NCBI GenBank assembly: GCA_003157775.1 | Contig: PMKP01000334.1 | Coordinates: forward strand, 1 to 61,242 | Length of the DNA: 61,242 bases | Direction of reading: 5' to 3' | Source: Myxococcales bacterium | GTDB lineage: Bacteria > Myxococcota_A > Polyangia > Fen-1088 | Part shown: piece by piece, positions 26,477 to 36,744 of the stretch | Position numbering within the stretch: the first letter of the stretch is position 1 | Layout: each line of letters starts with the position of its first letter | Notes under the pieces: model-generated | Database searches by the model: none | The model's input: the letters and a program-made list of their open reading frames with translations, nothing else | What the model was told of the DNA's origin: nothing | Translations under genes and position numbers: made by a program

Positions 26477-29017
26477 CTAGAACCACACCAGCACGCTGGC
26501 CAGGGCATAGGGCATGGGCACGACCACTCCCTCTTTGCCCACTTCGAGAGCGCAGATCTCGCGTTCACGAGCGTCGCACAGAGTGGCGCTTCGGATGGGG
26601 CGGCTGGGGCAGGACAGGCGTACCTCGACTGACCCGTTCGCGAAACTGGCGAGACGGGCCACCACGGCGTGGCCCTGGAAGGCCGGCTTGAGCGCGGAGA
26701 CTTGCACGTCGTCGCGGTCGACCAGCATGACCGAATTGGCCAGGTCGTCGAGGTCCGGCTCGTTGGGGCCGAACAGGGCGGCTCGCAAAGCCCGCCGCAC
26801 GTGGTGGGGCAGGCGGTTGCGCCTGGCATCTCCCCGGGGGGTGAACCACACGGCGTAGTCGAGCTGCCCCTGGTGCGGGTCGGTTCCCGACGCCGGGTGT
26901 GCGAGAATTGGCAGAACATGGAATGCGGTCTCGCGGGGCGCGTAGCGCAGGGCGATCCACTCCAGGGTTCCCGCGCCGTCGCTGGCGACCGCGGCAGGCC
27001 CCCCCAGAAAAGCGGCCAACCCGATATCGCTCCGTTCATCGCGTAGGTGGGCGAAGGAACGCGCGGGCCAGAAGGTGGGACGGTAGAGCTTGTGCGCTGG
27101 ACGTTCCACGATCCCGCCCGGCACGTCCATGGTGAGTCCCGGTGAAACCAGTCGGGTCGGGAAACGGCAGGTGATGGTCCGGCCGCGACGAGCCGAACCT
27201 TCCACGCGCATGCGCAGGACTGGCGAGCGCTTGCGCATCCACAGCCAGCGAACGAATGGCCGCTCCTCGAATTCCGAGTCGACGCGTATTTCAAGCACGC
27301 CATCGCGCGCATTCACCTTGATGCGTGCCGGTGCGTGACTAGCGCGTGACTGCTCGACGAAGATCCCGCCACGGAATTCGTGCCCCAGGCGCCACAAGCC
27401 ACCGCTGTCACGATAACTCACGAGATCGTTGGCGGGACCGGAAAGCAACTCCTCACCCGATTGCGTGAGGCGGAAGCTGGTGATGCCGCCTCCTTGTTGC
27501 TCGCGCAGTTCCACGCGATACATGTCGGTCTCTGCCCGCAGCGTCCCGCCGTCGAGGCTATAAAGGGGCAGGGGGCTGGGCGGAAACTTGGGCGCCGGGG
27601 AGCGGATGGCGCGAATGCGTGCGAGCGCGTGGTCGGCCAGCCCCTCGGCTTGCTCCAGCCAGGGCTGTTGCTCTTCCCGCCAGATGCGATCAGGCGAAGT
27701 CCCGGCAATAAAGTCGTGATGATTGCTCAACACCGCCAGATCCCAGGCCGCGCGCAGATCGCCTGCAATCTCGGACTCAACCCGGATGCCGCCCTTGCGC
27801 GAACTCGGCCCTGCCAGCGCCGGCAGCACCGTCAGTTTCTCCGCGATCACCAGCTTGCGCACGATACGCTTGGCGCGTCGCTTGGCCTCCGGGCGGCTGG
27901 CGTAGAACCCCATCCAGTAGGGATTGGGGTCCAGGTTCAGCACCGGAAGCGCGGACTTGTGGCAGGCCACCAACTCGAGGTAGTCGTCCAAGCCCGCGTT
28001 CAGTGTCCAGACCCCGCTCGTCTGGTAGCGGGTGCGGTTGTAGCGGTCGAGCAGTTCCACCAGGCCGGCAATCGGCCCATTGAAATCGCCACCGATCGGG
28101 CAAAAGAGATAGGGCGTGCGCGCCAGCGGCGCGAGGTCCCGAACGTAGCCATGAATGCGGCGTGCGACGTGGGATTCAGTTCGCCACGGAAAACCAAAGA
28201 CATGGTCCATCCAGCGAACCAGGCCGATGTGAGCCAGCAGATCGCCTTGAAAATAGGTGAAGGCATTCCAGTGGCAGAGGACCTGCGAGCCATCCGGGCC
28301 ACGCCACACGAAATCGGCGGTCTTGAGTTTCTTGGTCAGCAACTCTGCGCTCGAGCCGGGCAGGGGGAAGGCCGATTTTCTGCGATAGTCGCTGCCGACG
28401 AAGTACATGCCGTCAATCCGCGTGATAGCTGCCATGTCAAAGCCCAAGGCAGTGAGCAGGGTAGGCAGAGCGGGCGAATGGCCGAAGTCGTCGGGCAGGT
28501 AGGCCAGCCGCGGTTCGACGCCCATGCCGTTGTCTTTGAGCCAGCGCTGTCCGTCGGCGTAGTCGCGCAGGATAGCCTCGGTGTCGGGCAGCACCGTGTC
28601 GGGCGTGGTGATGCCGGTGCCGGTCAAGCGCAGGCGGCGCTGGTTGACCAGAGCGCGCAGCCGTTCGCGCTGGGCCGGGTTGGATTGCCAGTGGCGTCGC
28701 AGGAAGAACAGACTCTCGAGGGAAAAGACCCGGCGTGGCTCCTGCTCAAGCGCCAGCAAGGCGCGCTCAAGAATGCGCGGAATGCAGAGCTGGTAGTATT
28801 CCTCGGTGGTATGCAGCCAGTTGGGATCCCAGTGGCTGGTTTCGCCGAACACCAGGACTCGGCTTGCCTCCGAGGGAATTCCCAACCTGGCGCGAAGTGC
28901 ACTTTCCTCGGAACGCGCAGCCGTTGCGTCTTTCGTGTCGACCGGCGATTCATCGGCGAGATTGACTCCGACAGTGAAACTCAAGCGACCTCCATCAAGC
29001 GGGCGTTCGTGACTCAA
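26477..29017 (-). CDS. glycoside hydrolase family 38-like (alpha-mannosidase-like)
   Basis: 846 aa. The N-terminal metal-site-like motif GETSHWDPNWL resembles the GH38 HTHWDREW box. Size and multidomain layout are consistent. Confidence 0.6.
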   Translation of the reverse strand: MSHERPLDGGRLSFTVGVNLADESPVDTKDATAARSEESALRARLGIPSEASRVLVFGETSHWDPNWLHTTEEYYQLCIPRILERALLALEQEPRRVFSLESLFFLRRHWQSNPAQRERLRALVNQRRLRLTGTGITTPDTVLPDTEAILRDYADGQRWLKDNGMGVEPRLAYLPDDFGHSPALPTLLTALGFDMAAITRIDGMYFVGSDYRRKSAFPLPGSSAELLTKKLKTADFVWRGPDGSQVLCHWNAFTYFQGDLLAHIGLVRWMDHVFGFPWRTESHVARRIHGYVRDLAPLARTPYLFCPIGGDFNGPIAGLVELLDRYNRTRYQTSGVWTLNAGLDDYLELVACHKSALPVLNLDPNPYWMGFYASRPEAKRRAKRIVRKLVIAEKLTVLPALAGPSSRKGGIRVESEIAGDLRAAWDLAVLSNHHDFIAGTSPDRIWREEQQPWLEQAEGLADHALARIRAIRSPAPKFPPSPLPLYSLDGGTLRAETDMYRVELREQQGGGITSFRLTQSGEELLSGPANDLVSYRDSGGLWRLGHEFRGGIFVEQSRASHAPARIKVNARDGVLEIRVDSEFEERPFVRWLWMRKRSPVLRMRVEGSARRGRTITCRFPTRLVSPGLTMDVPGGIVERPAHKLYRPTFWPARSFAHLRDERSDIGLAAFLGGPAAVASDGAGTLEWIALRYAPRETAFHVLPILAHPASGTDPHQGQLDYAVWFTPRGDARRNRLPHHVRRALRAALFGPNEPDLDDLANSVMLVDRDDVQVSALKPAFQGHAVVARLASFANGSVEVRLSCPSRPIRSATLCDAREREICALEVGKEGVVVPMPYALASVLVWF

Positions 29018-29309
29018 GACTAGATTCTAGCAGCTCGCCGAGCCGCTCGCGACGAGGGTTCCAATTCCCTGGTAGGGGTGTGGCGGGTAGGGGCCTGGCG
29101 CGTTCAGTTTGAAGGATTGCGCAGTTTCTGCGCTGAGTTGCTCCGCAACATCGCCGTCGTTCGGATATCCAACTGAGCGACATTTTATCTCTTTGCAGGT
29201 GTCACGATTGCAGTTGGTATCCGGCACCCGGGTGATTGCATCTTAAAGCAAGGGACACACACACATGCCTACCGGGGTTCACACGGGTCGCTAGCAGGGA
29301 GGATGCGGA

Positions 29310-31007
29310 GTGAGGAACGCGAAAGCCAAAGCGGACAACACACTCGATACGATCCTGCAGGCAGGCGAGTTCGTCGCTGGGCAGTACCGAGTTGACCACT
29401 TGCTTGGGGAGGGTGGAATGGCGGCGGTCTGGGCCGGTACCAATGAACATACCGGCAAGCGCGTCGCCCTCAAGGTGATTCTGCGGTCCTTGGCGACCAC
29501 GCGCGAGGCGCAGGGTCTCTTTGAAAGAGAGGCATTGGCTGCAAGCCGGGTGAATCATCCCAATGTCGTGACGGTTTTTGATATCATCGAGCACGAGGGA
29601 ATGGCTTGCATCGTGATGGAGTTGCTCGACGGAGAGCCGCTGAGCAGCTACCTCGCCCGCAAGGGATTCCTCAGTGTCAGCGAAGCGGCGGGGCTGCTCT
29701 TGCCCGCTATGCGTGGGGTGGCTGCGGCCCACGCACAGGGCGTGATCCACCGGGATCTCAAACCACAAAACATCTTCATTTGCATTGGGCCTGACGGGCG
29801 CGTCGTGACCACCAAGGTGTTGGATTTTGGCATTTCGGTCATGGTGGAACGAGCGATGGATCCCTCGGCTGGACAGATCCCGGCATTGGCCATGGGCACG
29901 CCGTCCTACATGTCTCCGGAGCACATTCTGGGTGTGGCGCCTATCGACGCACGTGCCGACGTGTACGGCTTTGGGGTGCTGCTGTACGAGGCGCTGACCG
30001 GACAGATGCCGTTCCCGGGTGAACTGGGCCCAGATCTCTTCAAGCGAATTCTGAATGAACCCGCTCCCCAAGCGACGCTGTTTCGTCCTGACTTGCCGCC
30101 CGGTCTGGTGCGCATCATCGAAATAGCTATGGCCAAGCAGCCAGACGATCGCTACTCGAACCTGAATCGGATGGTGAGCGCTCTCGAAGACGAAGTGGCG
30201 CCGCCCACCCCGCTTCCGCGTCTGCTCACGCCGCTCGCTGGGGTGCCCGCGCTTGCCGTGCGCGATCGCCCCCCTGGCGATTCGCAGCCTGTGGTGCTAG
30301 CCATTGCCAAGAAGGATCCGTCTGGGCCGCATCAGGAGACGCTGCTCTACTGCGCGCAGCCCCCGCAGAGTGGCGCTGCCAACGGTAGATCGAATGCTGT
30401 CTCCGAGCTGGCAATTGCCCCGCCACCCGCAGGTCGCGAGACGCTGATAGTGAGGCCTTCATTGCTCAATGTGCCCTTCTCTGGTGTAAGGTCGCTCTTC
30501 ACGCCTCGTGGTCTGCGTGGGTTGGCGGGCGTTGGGCTCGTGGTCGCGCTTGCTTTCGGTGTGTGGACAGCCATGCAAGGCGCGAGTCAGGTGCAAGCGC
30601 CTAGCCCAGCACCGGTCGCGAATCCTGCGCCGCCAGCCAGCGAGCCTGCCACGCCGCCAGCGAGCGAACCTGCCACGCCGCCGGCGATTGCTGGCGTGGC
30701 ACCCACCATCGTCCCCGTGGAGGTTCCGGTGGTCGCTCCGCCGTCCCCGCCTGCAGCGAGGGCACTTGCAACCCGTGAACATGGCAGGCATTCGGGCCAC
30801 GCGCGCGGCGGGCCAGTTGCAGCAATGCACAGTCGCTCGCGAGTGGCGGTGCGTGAGACGTGGAGAGGCCCCCCGCTGCGGCAGCAGGCCATGCGCAGTG
30901 TTTTGCAGGCGCGTGAATCGGCACTGGAGCCGCGACTGCTAAGGGCTGGCGCATCGGCGAAGGCGGTGACGCCGCGCGCTGGCAGTCTGTCCGAGGACGA
31001 TTTCTAG
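29310..31007 (+). CDS. Ser/Thr protein kinase with C-terminal TM and Pro/Ala-rich tail
   Basis: GEGGMAAVW...VALKVI, HRDLKPQNIF, DFG, GTPSYMSPE, then a TM helix and PAPPASEPATPPASEPATPP repeats. Confidence 0.9.
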   Translation: MRNAKAKADNTLDTILQAGEFVAGQYRVDHLLGEGGMAAVWAGTNEHTGKRVALKVILRSLATTREAQGLFEREALAASRVNHPNVVTVFDIIEHEGMACIVMELLDGEPLSSYLARKGFLSVSEAAGLLLPAMRGVAAAHAQGVIHRDLKPQNIFICIGPDGRVVTTKVLDFGISVMVERAMDPSAGQIPALAMGTPSYMSPEHILGVAPIDARADVYGFGVLLYEALTGQMPFPGELGPDLFKRILNEPAPQATLFRPDLPPGLVRIIEIAMAKQPDDRYSNLNRMVSALEDEVAPPTPLPRLLTPLAGVPALAVRDRPPGDSQPVVLAIAKKDPSGPHQETLLYCAQPPQSGAANGRSNAVSELAIAPPPAGRETLIVRPSLLNVPFSGVRSLFTPRGLRGLAGVGLVVALAFGVWTAMQGASQVQAPSPAPVANPAPPASEPATPPASEPATPPAIAGVAPTIVPVEVPVVAPPSPPAARALATREHGRHSGHARGGPVAAMHSRSRVAVRETWRGPPLRQQAMRSVLQARESALEPRLLRAGASAKAVTPRAGSLSEDDF

Positions 31008-31025
31008 CAGGATCTACTTTCTCGC

Positions 31026-32033
31026 ATGGACACTCCATTTCAGGCAGCGCGAGGCATTGCGGTTTCGATCCTCTGCTCGACGATGTTCCTGGCGTCCGCG
31101 CGCGCGGCCGACAGCCTCAGCGAGCCATGGTCTGGGGCGGATGCTACTGACGATCCTGCCTATCGAAAGGCCATCAAGGAGGGGCTGGCTGAATACGACG
31201 CCCTCCATTTTGAGGAGGCACGAAGTCTCTTTCGGCGCGCCCACTCGATCAGCCCCAACGCGCGCACCTTACGTGGTCTGGGCATGACTTCCTTCGAACT
31301 ACGCGACTACGTCTCGGCGGTGCGCAATTTGTCGGCGGCCCTGCAAGACAAACGCAAGCCTCTCTCCGCTGAACAACGCGTGCACACGCAGGATCTGCTC
31401 GATCGCAGCCGCATGTTCGTGGATACGTACACGCTGACGGTTTCGCCAGCGAATGCGCGCGTGATCATCGACGGCCATGCACCGGAATTCGAGTCCGACG
31501 GTACATTGCTGTTCGGCTTCGGCACGCACACATTGGAAGCCAGTGCGCGAGGCAGGGCAGTTCGCTCGGTTCCCATAGCTGTCCGCGGGGGCGAACGAAA
31601 GGAACTCTCCGTGACCCTCGCATTGGCGTCGGCGGTAGGCGCGCGCTCGGGCGACGCCCGGGTGGCCGAGGTCGTGACCGCTGCGAGGCCAGAGCCCGCG
31701 GTGGCGTCGAATCGATCAGCGGCTGCATGGCTATGGGCCAGCGGAGGTGCGGCGCTGTTGGCCGTCGGTGCTGGCATCTATTGGCTCAGGCAGAATTCCC
31801 AACTCAATTCCTGTCGCAATCCCTTGAGCCCGTGGGCGTGCACCAACGAATCCACCCTCAAGACCCAGTGGAACGTCGGTCTGGGCGCGACGGTGGGGAC
31901 TGGGGCCGCGGCCCTGACCATGGCCCTCATCGGCATCCTATCGTGGGATTTTGGGCACCCTCCCGCTGCCAACCACAGCGCACTGGGCTGTAACGTGGGC
32001 CCGCTCAGCATCGCCTGTGCGAGATCATTCTAG
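31026..32033 (+). CDS. secreted TPR-like / PEGA-like domain protein with C-terminal TM
   Basis: Signal peptide, TPR-like helices (YRKAIKEGLAEYDALHFEEARSLFRRA), the PEGA-like segment YTLTVSPANARVIIDG, and a TM near the C-terminus. Starts 19 nt after the kinase stop. Confidence 0.5.
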   Translation: MDTPFQAARGIAVSILCSTMFLASARAADSLSEPWSGADATDDPAYRKAIKEGLAEYDALHFEEARSLFRRAHSISPNARTLRGLGMTSFELRDYVSAVRNLSAALQDKRKPLSAEQRVHTQDLLDRSRMFVDTYTLTVSPANARVIIDGHAPEFESDGTLLFGFGTHTLEASARGRAVRSVPIAVRGGERKELSVTLALASAVGARSGDARVAEVVTAARPEPAVASNRSAAAWLWASGGAALLAVGAGIYWLRQNSQLNSCRNPLSPWACTNESTLKTQWNVGLGATVGTGAAALTMALIGILSWDFGHPPAANHSALGCNVGPLSIACARSF

Positions 32034-32044
32034 CAATCGGCCGC

Positions 32045-32060
32045 TGGCCTCGGTCTTGCA
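32045..32060 (+). promoter_or_regulatory. candidate sigma-54 (-24/-12) promoter upstream of the ManC-like/qNOR genes
   Basis: TGGCCTCGGTCTTGCA has TGGC at -24 and TTGCA at -12 in the correct register. It lies 53 nt upstream of ATG 32114. Single copy, so weaker than the pair at 14078 and 55213. Confidence 0.3.
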
Positions 32061-32113
32061 CAAGGGAATGGTCGCGCATCACATGCGCTGCATTTGAAAC
32101 AAGGAGGGTGGCC

Positions 32114-33085
32114 ATGTCCCGATGTGAAGACCTACACGCGATCATCCTAGCGAGCAGCGAAGACCATCGTCTGAAGTCACTTGCCGAGGCGCTCGGCGGA
32201 GTGGACGTTCCCAAGCAGTTTGCCTTGATTGCGGGTGGAGGATCTCTGCTGCAGCAGACGGTCGCGCGGTACGCCAGCCTGGTGCCACCCGAGCGCATGG
32301 TCGTCGTGGTGGCGGCAGCTTGTGAGGCGCTAGCGCGTGCCCAGTTGGACGAATGGCCCGGAATTGAAATCATCACCCGGCCGGCGGATTGCGGCGCAGG
32401 TCTTGATCTGCTCTTGCCGCTGGGACGGGTGTTTTCGCGCAACCCCGACGCGCGCGTGCTGGTGACGCCAGCCGATCACTACGTGCCCCATCCCGAGGCC
32501 CTGGTGGACGCGGTGGTCGCCGCAAGTCAGGCCCTGGACAAGGCGCCGGTGATTCTCGTCGGTGTGTCCAGTGGCCAGCGGAGGTCCAGCCAGGCGTGGA
32601 TCCTACCTGGGCGGCCGCTCGGCGGGCGGGTGCTTTCCGTGGCGGGCCTGGCAGAACATGCCTCGCCTGTGCAGGCGGCAGAGCTGGCGGCGGCCGGCGC
32701 GCTGTGGAATACCTCGACCGTGGTGGCCCGCGCCGAACATCTGTGGTACTTGGCCGCGCGCCAGTTGCCCATGCAGGCCGAGGCGGTGGCCCGGCTTTGG
32801 GCAGGCAAGGGCTCACTTGCGAATGCGGCCGCGACAGCCTGCCTGATGCCGTCCGCCGAGTTGAATAGCGCGCTTCTGCGCGGAGCTAGGAATTCTGGCA
32901 TGATCGCGGTACGCGGATCAGGCTGGACAGACTGGACTTGTCCCGAGCAGGTGATGGATTCGATCGAGGATCCGAGGGAGCTGGAGCTTATTCTCTCGCG
33001 CATTCTGCTGCAGCAGCAGGCTACTGGGCGAACCGAACTGCGCCAGCGGGTTCCCACGATCTCGCGCCACGCCACCGCAGCCTGA
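32114..33085 (+). CDS. mannose-1-phosphate guanylyltransferase-like nucleotidyltransferase fold with degenerate active-site signature
   Basis: RBS AAGGAGGG, then ATG 32114. ManC-like features are VPKQF, TPADHY and GWTDW. The usual GGxGTRLWPLS loop reads ASSEDHRLKSL. Confidence 0.5.
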   Translation: MSRCEDLHAIILASSEDHRLKSLAEALGGVDVPKQFALIAGGGSLLQQTVARYASLVPPERMVVVVAAACEALARAQLDEWPGIEIITRPADCGAGLDLLLPLGRVFSRNPDARVLVTPADHYVPHPEALVDAVVAASQALDKAPVILVGVSSGQRRSSQAWILPGRPLGGRVLSVAGLAEHASPVQAAELAAAGALWNTSTVVARAEHLWYLAARQLPMQAEAVARLWAGKGSLANAAATACLMPSAELNSALLRGARNSGMIAVRGSGWTDWTCPEQVMDSIEDPRELELILSRILLQQQATGRTELRQRVPTISRHATAA

Positions 33086-33196
33086 GGAGGTGGCGGCTCT
33101 TCGCATGCTACGAATTGGTAGCGCGGGCTACCGGCAGCGCCACCAGATGGAAACGCGCATTCAACCAAGGCGCGCACACCCTTGGAGGAACAACCC

Positions 33197-35500
33197 ATGA
33201 CGAACCCAGCGCCCGAGACTTCCCCCTTGTCGGCGTGGTGGCGCCACGGCGTGATCCTGGTGATGGTCATCGGCTTTGCGGTGCTGTCGTTCGTGACGGT
33301 AAAGACTTACAGCAACGCGCCGCCCATACCAGGACGGGTGACCGACGAGCGGGGCGCAACCATCTTCACCCGCGATGACATCGAAGCCGGCCAGGAGGTC
33401 TTCCTCAAGTACGCGCTCATGGAACACGGCACCCTGTGGGGTCACGGGGCTTACCTCGGCCCCGACTACAGCGCGGAGTATCTGCATCGCCTGACCGAGA
33501 TCGTGCGCGACACCGTTGCCGGTGCTCGCTTCGGTCGGCCTTTCGCGGGATTGGAAATGGGCGCGGCTGCAGAAACCGCGGAACTTGTGCGGAGCACGCT
33601 GAAGCAGAACCGCTACCACGCCGAGAGTGACAACCTGGTTTTCTCACCGGGGGAAGTCGCCGCCTACGCGATCCAGAAAGGGGAATGGTCGAGCTACTTT
33701 TCAGGGACCAATCCCGCGCCGGGACTGGCGCGCGGATACATCAGCGACCCGGCGGAGTTGACGGCGCTGACTTCGTACTTCGCGTGGGCGGCTTGGGCCG
33801 CCGCCGCCCAGCGCCCAGGCAAGGACTATTCCTACACCAACAACTTCCCCTACGACCCGGCGGCGGGGAACCACCCGACTGCCTCGACCTATCTGTGGAG
33901 CGCGTTGAGTCTCATCACTTTGCTGGCCGGCCTCGGTGCCGTGCTGTTTCTGGTGGGCCGCTTCGACTACCTCGGATGGCACGGGGAACGTCAGGCCCAG
34001 CACCTGTATGACAGCCCCTTGCTAGCTTGGAGAATCACGCCTAGCCAGCGTGCAGCGGGCCTGTACTTCGCCGTGGTGGTTCTGCTCTTCCTGCTGCAGG
34101 TGCTGGTCGGCGGCGGCATTGCGCACTACCGGGTGGAGCCCGGATCGTTCTATGGAATCGATATCGCGCGCCTATTTCCGTACAACCTGCTGCGCACCTA
34201 CCACCTGCAACTGGCCATCTTCTGGATCGCGACCGCCTGGGTGGCGGGCGGGCTCTTCATGGCTCCGCTGGTTGGGGGCAGCGAGCCCAAGGGCCAGCGG
34301 GTCGGCGTGTTGCTGCTGCTGGGCGCGCTGACTGTCGTGGTGCTGGGCAGTCTGGGGGGCGAGTTTCTCGGCATCAACAACAAGCTGGGGAGTCTCTGGT
34401 TCTGGCTGGGGCACCAGGGATCAGAGTACTTGGACCTGGGCCGTTTTTGGCAATTCCTGCTGGCAGCGGGACTGGCGGGCTGGCTGGTGCTGATGTTCCG
34501 CGCATTGCGGCCCGCCATGCGACAACCAGAACGCGGGCAATTGGCCTCACTGTTTCTCTACGCCGCAGTGGCGATTCCTCTTTTCTATTTGCCCGCGCTG
34601 TTCTTTGGCCCGCGCACCAATTTCGCGGTCATCGATAACTGGCGCTTCTGGATCATTCATCTTTGGGTCGAGGGCTTCTTCGAGCTGTTTGCCACCGTGT
34701 TGGTGGCCGTGATGTTCCGCCAGCTTGGCCTGGTTTCGGTGCGTACCGCCACACGCATGGTGTACCTCGACGCCATTCTCTTCCTTGCCGCGGGAATCAT
34801 CGGCACCGGCCACCACTGGTATTTCACCGGGCAGGGCACGCTGAACATGGGCCTGGCCGCGTGCTTTTCCGCCATGGAGGTGGTCCCGCTCACCCTTTTG
34901 ACCCTGGATGCCTGGGATTTCATCCGTTTGCGCCACCTGCATAGTGAGCCGGCCGTGCGTGCGGTTGCCGCGGACCACAAGTGGACCATCTATTTCTTGA
35001 TGGCAGTGGGTTTCTGGAACTTCGTGGGGGCGGGCGTGTTCGGGTTCCTCATCAACCTGCCCATCGTCTCATACTTCGAGGTGGGCACGCTGCTCACCGC
35101 CAATCACGGACACGCGGCCATGTTCGGCGTCTTTGGATTGTTGGCCCTGGCCGTGCTGGTGTTCTGCCTACGCTGTTTGTCGGACAACCCCGGGTGGAAG
35201 CGAAGCGAGCGGCTAGTGAAGATCAGCTTCTGGGGGCTCAACCTGGGCCTGGGGTTGATGATGGCGATTGACCTCTTCCCGGGTGGCGTGCTTCAGTTTG
35301 CGGACTCGCTCGCCAACGGGTACTGGCACGCCCGGCGGCTGACCTTCCTGATGACGGGAACGTTTCACGTGCTGGAATGGCTGCGCATCGGCGCCGACGC
35401 GATATTTATCGTGGCCGGCGTGGTTCCCCTGGTGCTGGCCACCGTCCAGCGGGTTCTCGGCAGACGGCTCGCCGGTGCCCCGGCCGCGACGCCGCCGTAG
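33197..35500 (+). CDS. norZ: quinol-dependent nitric oxide reductase, single-subunit (qNOR, NorZ/NorB type)
   Basis: About 767 aa. N-terminal TM plus a periplasmic domain, then a heme-copper oxidase core with HLWVEGFFELFAT, GTGHHWYF and HGHAAMFGVFG. RBS GGAGGA precedes ATG 33197. Confidence 0.85.
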   Translation: MTNPAPETSPLSAWWRHGVILVMVIGFAVLSFVTVKTYSNAPPIPGRVTDERGATIFTRDDIEAGQEVFLKYALMEHGTLWGHGAYLGPDYSAEYLHRLTEIVRDTVAGARFGRPFAGLEMGAAAETAELVRSTLKQNRYHAESDNLVFSPGEVAAYAIQKGEWSSYFSGTNPAPGLARGYISDPAELTALTSYFAWAAWAAAAQRPGKDYSYTNNFPYDPAAGNHPTASTYLWSALSLITLLAGLGAVLFLVGRFDYLGWHGERQAQHLYDSPLLAWRITPSQRAAGLYFAVVVLLFLLQVLVGGGIAHYRVEPGSFYGIDIARLFPYNLLRTYHLQLAIFWIATAWVAGGLFMAPLVGGSEPKGQRVGVLLLLGALTVVVLGSLGGEFLGINNKLGSLWFWLGHQGSEYLDLGRFWQFLLAAGLAGWLVLMFRALRPAMRQPERGQLASLFLYAAVAIPLFYLPALFFGPRTNFAVIDNWRFWIIHLWVEGFFELFATVLVAVMFRQLGLVSVRTATRMVYLDAILFLAAGIIGTGHHWYFTGQGTLNMGLAACFSAMEVVPLTLLTLDAWDFIRLRHLHSEPAVRAVAADHKWTIYFLMAVGFWNFVGAGVFGFLINLPIVSYFEVGTLLTANHGHAAMFGVFGLLALAVLVFCLRCLSDNPGWKRSERLVKISFWGLNLGLGLMMAIDLFPGGVLQFADSLANGYWHARRLTFLMTGTFHVLEWLRIGADAIFIVAGVVPLVLATVQRVLGRRLAGAPAATPP

Positions 35501-35640
35501 TCGGGTCTGGCGCACTATCACATCGTGCACGGCCGGTTCGGTGAGGTGCTGGACGCCTAACCCACCCTCCGGCATCAAATGATTAGTAGGCAATTATGGA
35601 CTGGGTCACTTCATTGTGGAGCCCGAGGAGGTAATGATCG

Positions 35641-36621
35641 ATGTCCCTGCTGGATTCGTTGAGGAGGTTCACCACTGTTGTTGCCGACACGGGCGACATT
35701 GACGCGATTGCAGAGCACAAGCCCCAAGACGCGACCACCAATCCGTCCCTTCTGCTCAAGGCCGCGCAGGACAAACGATACCAGCCGCTGGTCGAGGAAG
35801 CCTTGCGCTATGCGGCTCGCACCGGCGGCGACCACGCACGACAAACCAGCTTGTTCATGGACAAGTTATTCGTGAACTTTGGTTGCGAGATCCTGAAGAT
35901 AGTTCCCGGTCGCGTGTCCACCGAGGTGGATGCCCGGTTGAGCTTCGATACCGCGAGCAGCATCGCGAAGGCGCGCGAGATCATCCGCCTCTATCAGGAC
36001 GTCGGTGTGTCACGTGAGCGCATCCTGATCAAGGTCGGCACGACCTGGGAAGGCATCCGCGCAGCCGAGCAATTGGAGAAAGAAGATATTCACTGCAACA
36101 TGACCCTGCTTTTCAGCTTCGCCCAGGCCGTGGCCTGTGCCGAGGCCAAGGTGACGTTGATATCACCGTTCGTGGGCCGCATTTACGATTGGCACAAGAA
36201 GGCGAGAAACGTGACTGACATCCCACGCGCGGAAGATCCGGGAGTGGCCTCGGTCGTGCGCATCTACAATTACTACAAGAAATTCGATTATCCCACGCAG
36301 GTGATGGGCGCGAGTTTTCGCAAGGTCGACCAAATCATCGATCTCGCTGGCGCGGATCTGCTCACCATCAGTCCGGATCTGCTCGCGCAACTCGCCGCAC
36401 GTGACGGCGAGCTCGTACGTGCTCTTGACCCGGATCGCGCCAAGAATCTCGACATTGCACCGGTTCACCTCGACGAGAAGTCCTATCGCTGGATGCACAA
36501 CGAGGACGCGATGGCCGTGGAAAAGCTGAGCGAGGGCATCCGGCTGTTCAACGCCGACGCGCGCAAGCTGGAAGCCTATGCTCAGGCCGAGGTGGCCAAG
36601 GGGTCGGCGGCTGGGAGTTGA
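35641..36621 (+). CDS. tal: transaldolase
   Basis: [63 protein letters not shown], and the Schiff-base region [11 protein letters not shown]. Confidence 0.92.
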   Translation: MSLLDSLRRFTTVVADTGDIDAIAEHKPQDATTNPSLLLKAAQDKRYQPLVEEALRYAARTGGDHARQTSLFMDKLFVNFGCEILKIVPGRVSTEVDARLSFDTASSIAKAREIIRLYQDVGVSRERILIKVGTTWEGIRAAEQLEKEDIHCNMTLLFSFAQAVACAEAKVTLISPFVGRIYDWHKKARNVTDIPRAEDPGVASVVRIYNYYKKFDYPTQVMGASFRKVDQIIDLAGADLLTISPDLLAQLAARDGELVRALDPDRAKNLDIAPVHLDEKSYRWMHNEDAMAVEKLSEGIRLFNADARKLEAYAQAEVAKGSAAGS

Positions 36622-36673
36622 TCCAATCCGGTCACATGAGCGGTGAACAGAGTAGCCTCTCCGCACCCGCCGT

Positions 36674-36710
36674 GCCTCTGTGGTTGGATCCCATTGTTCA
36701 CCACAGAGGC
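36674..36710. terminator. 10-bp perfect hairpin between convergent genes (possible bidirectional terminator)
   Basis: GCCTCTGTGG (36674-36683) pairs with CCACAGAGGC (36701-36710), with a 17-nt loop. There is no U-tract, so intrinsic-terminator function is uncertain. Confidence 0.3.
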
Positions 36711-36744
36711 GACGGAGGACGCGGAAACGATTGGAGAGACAGCC

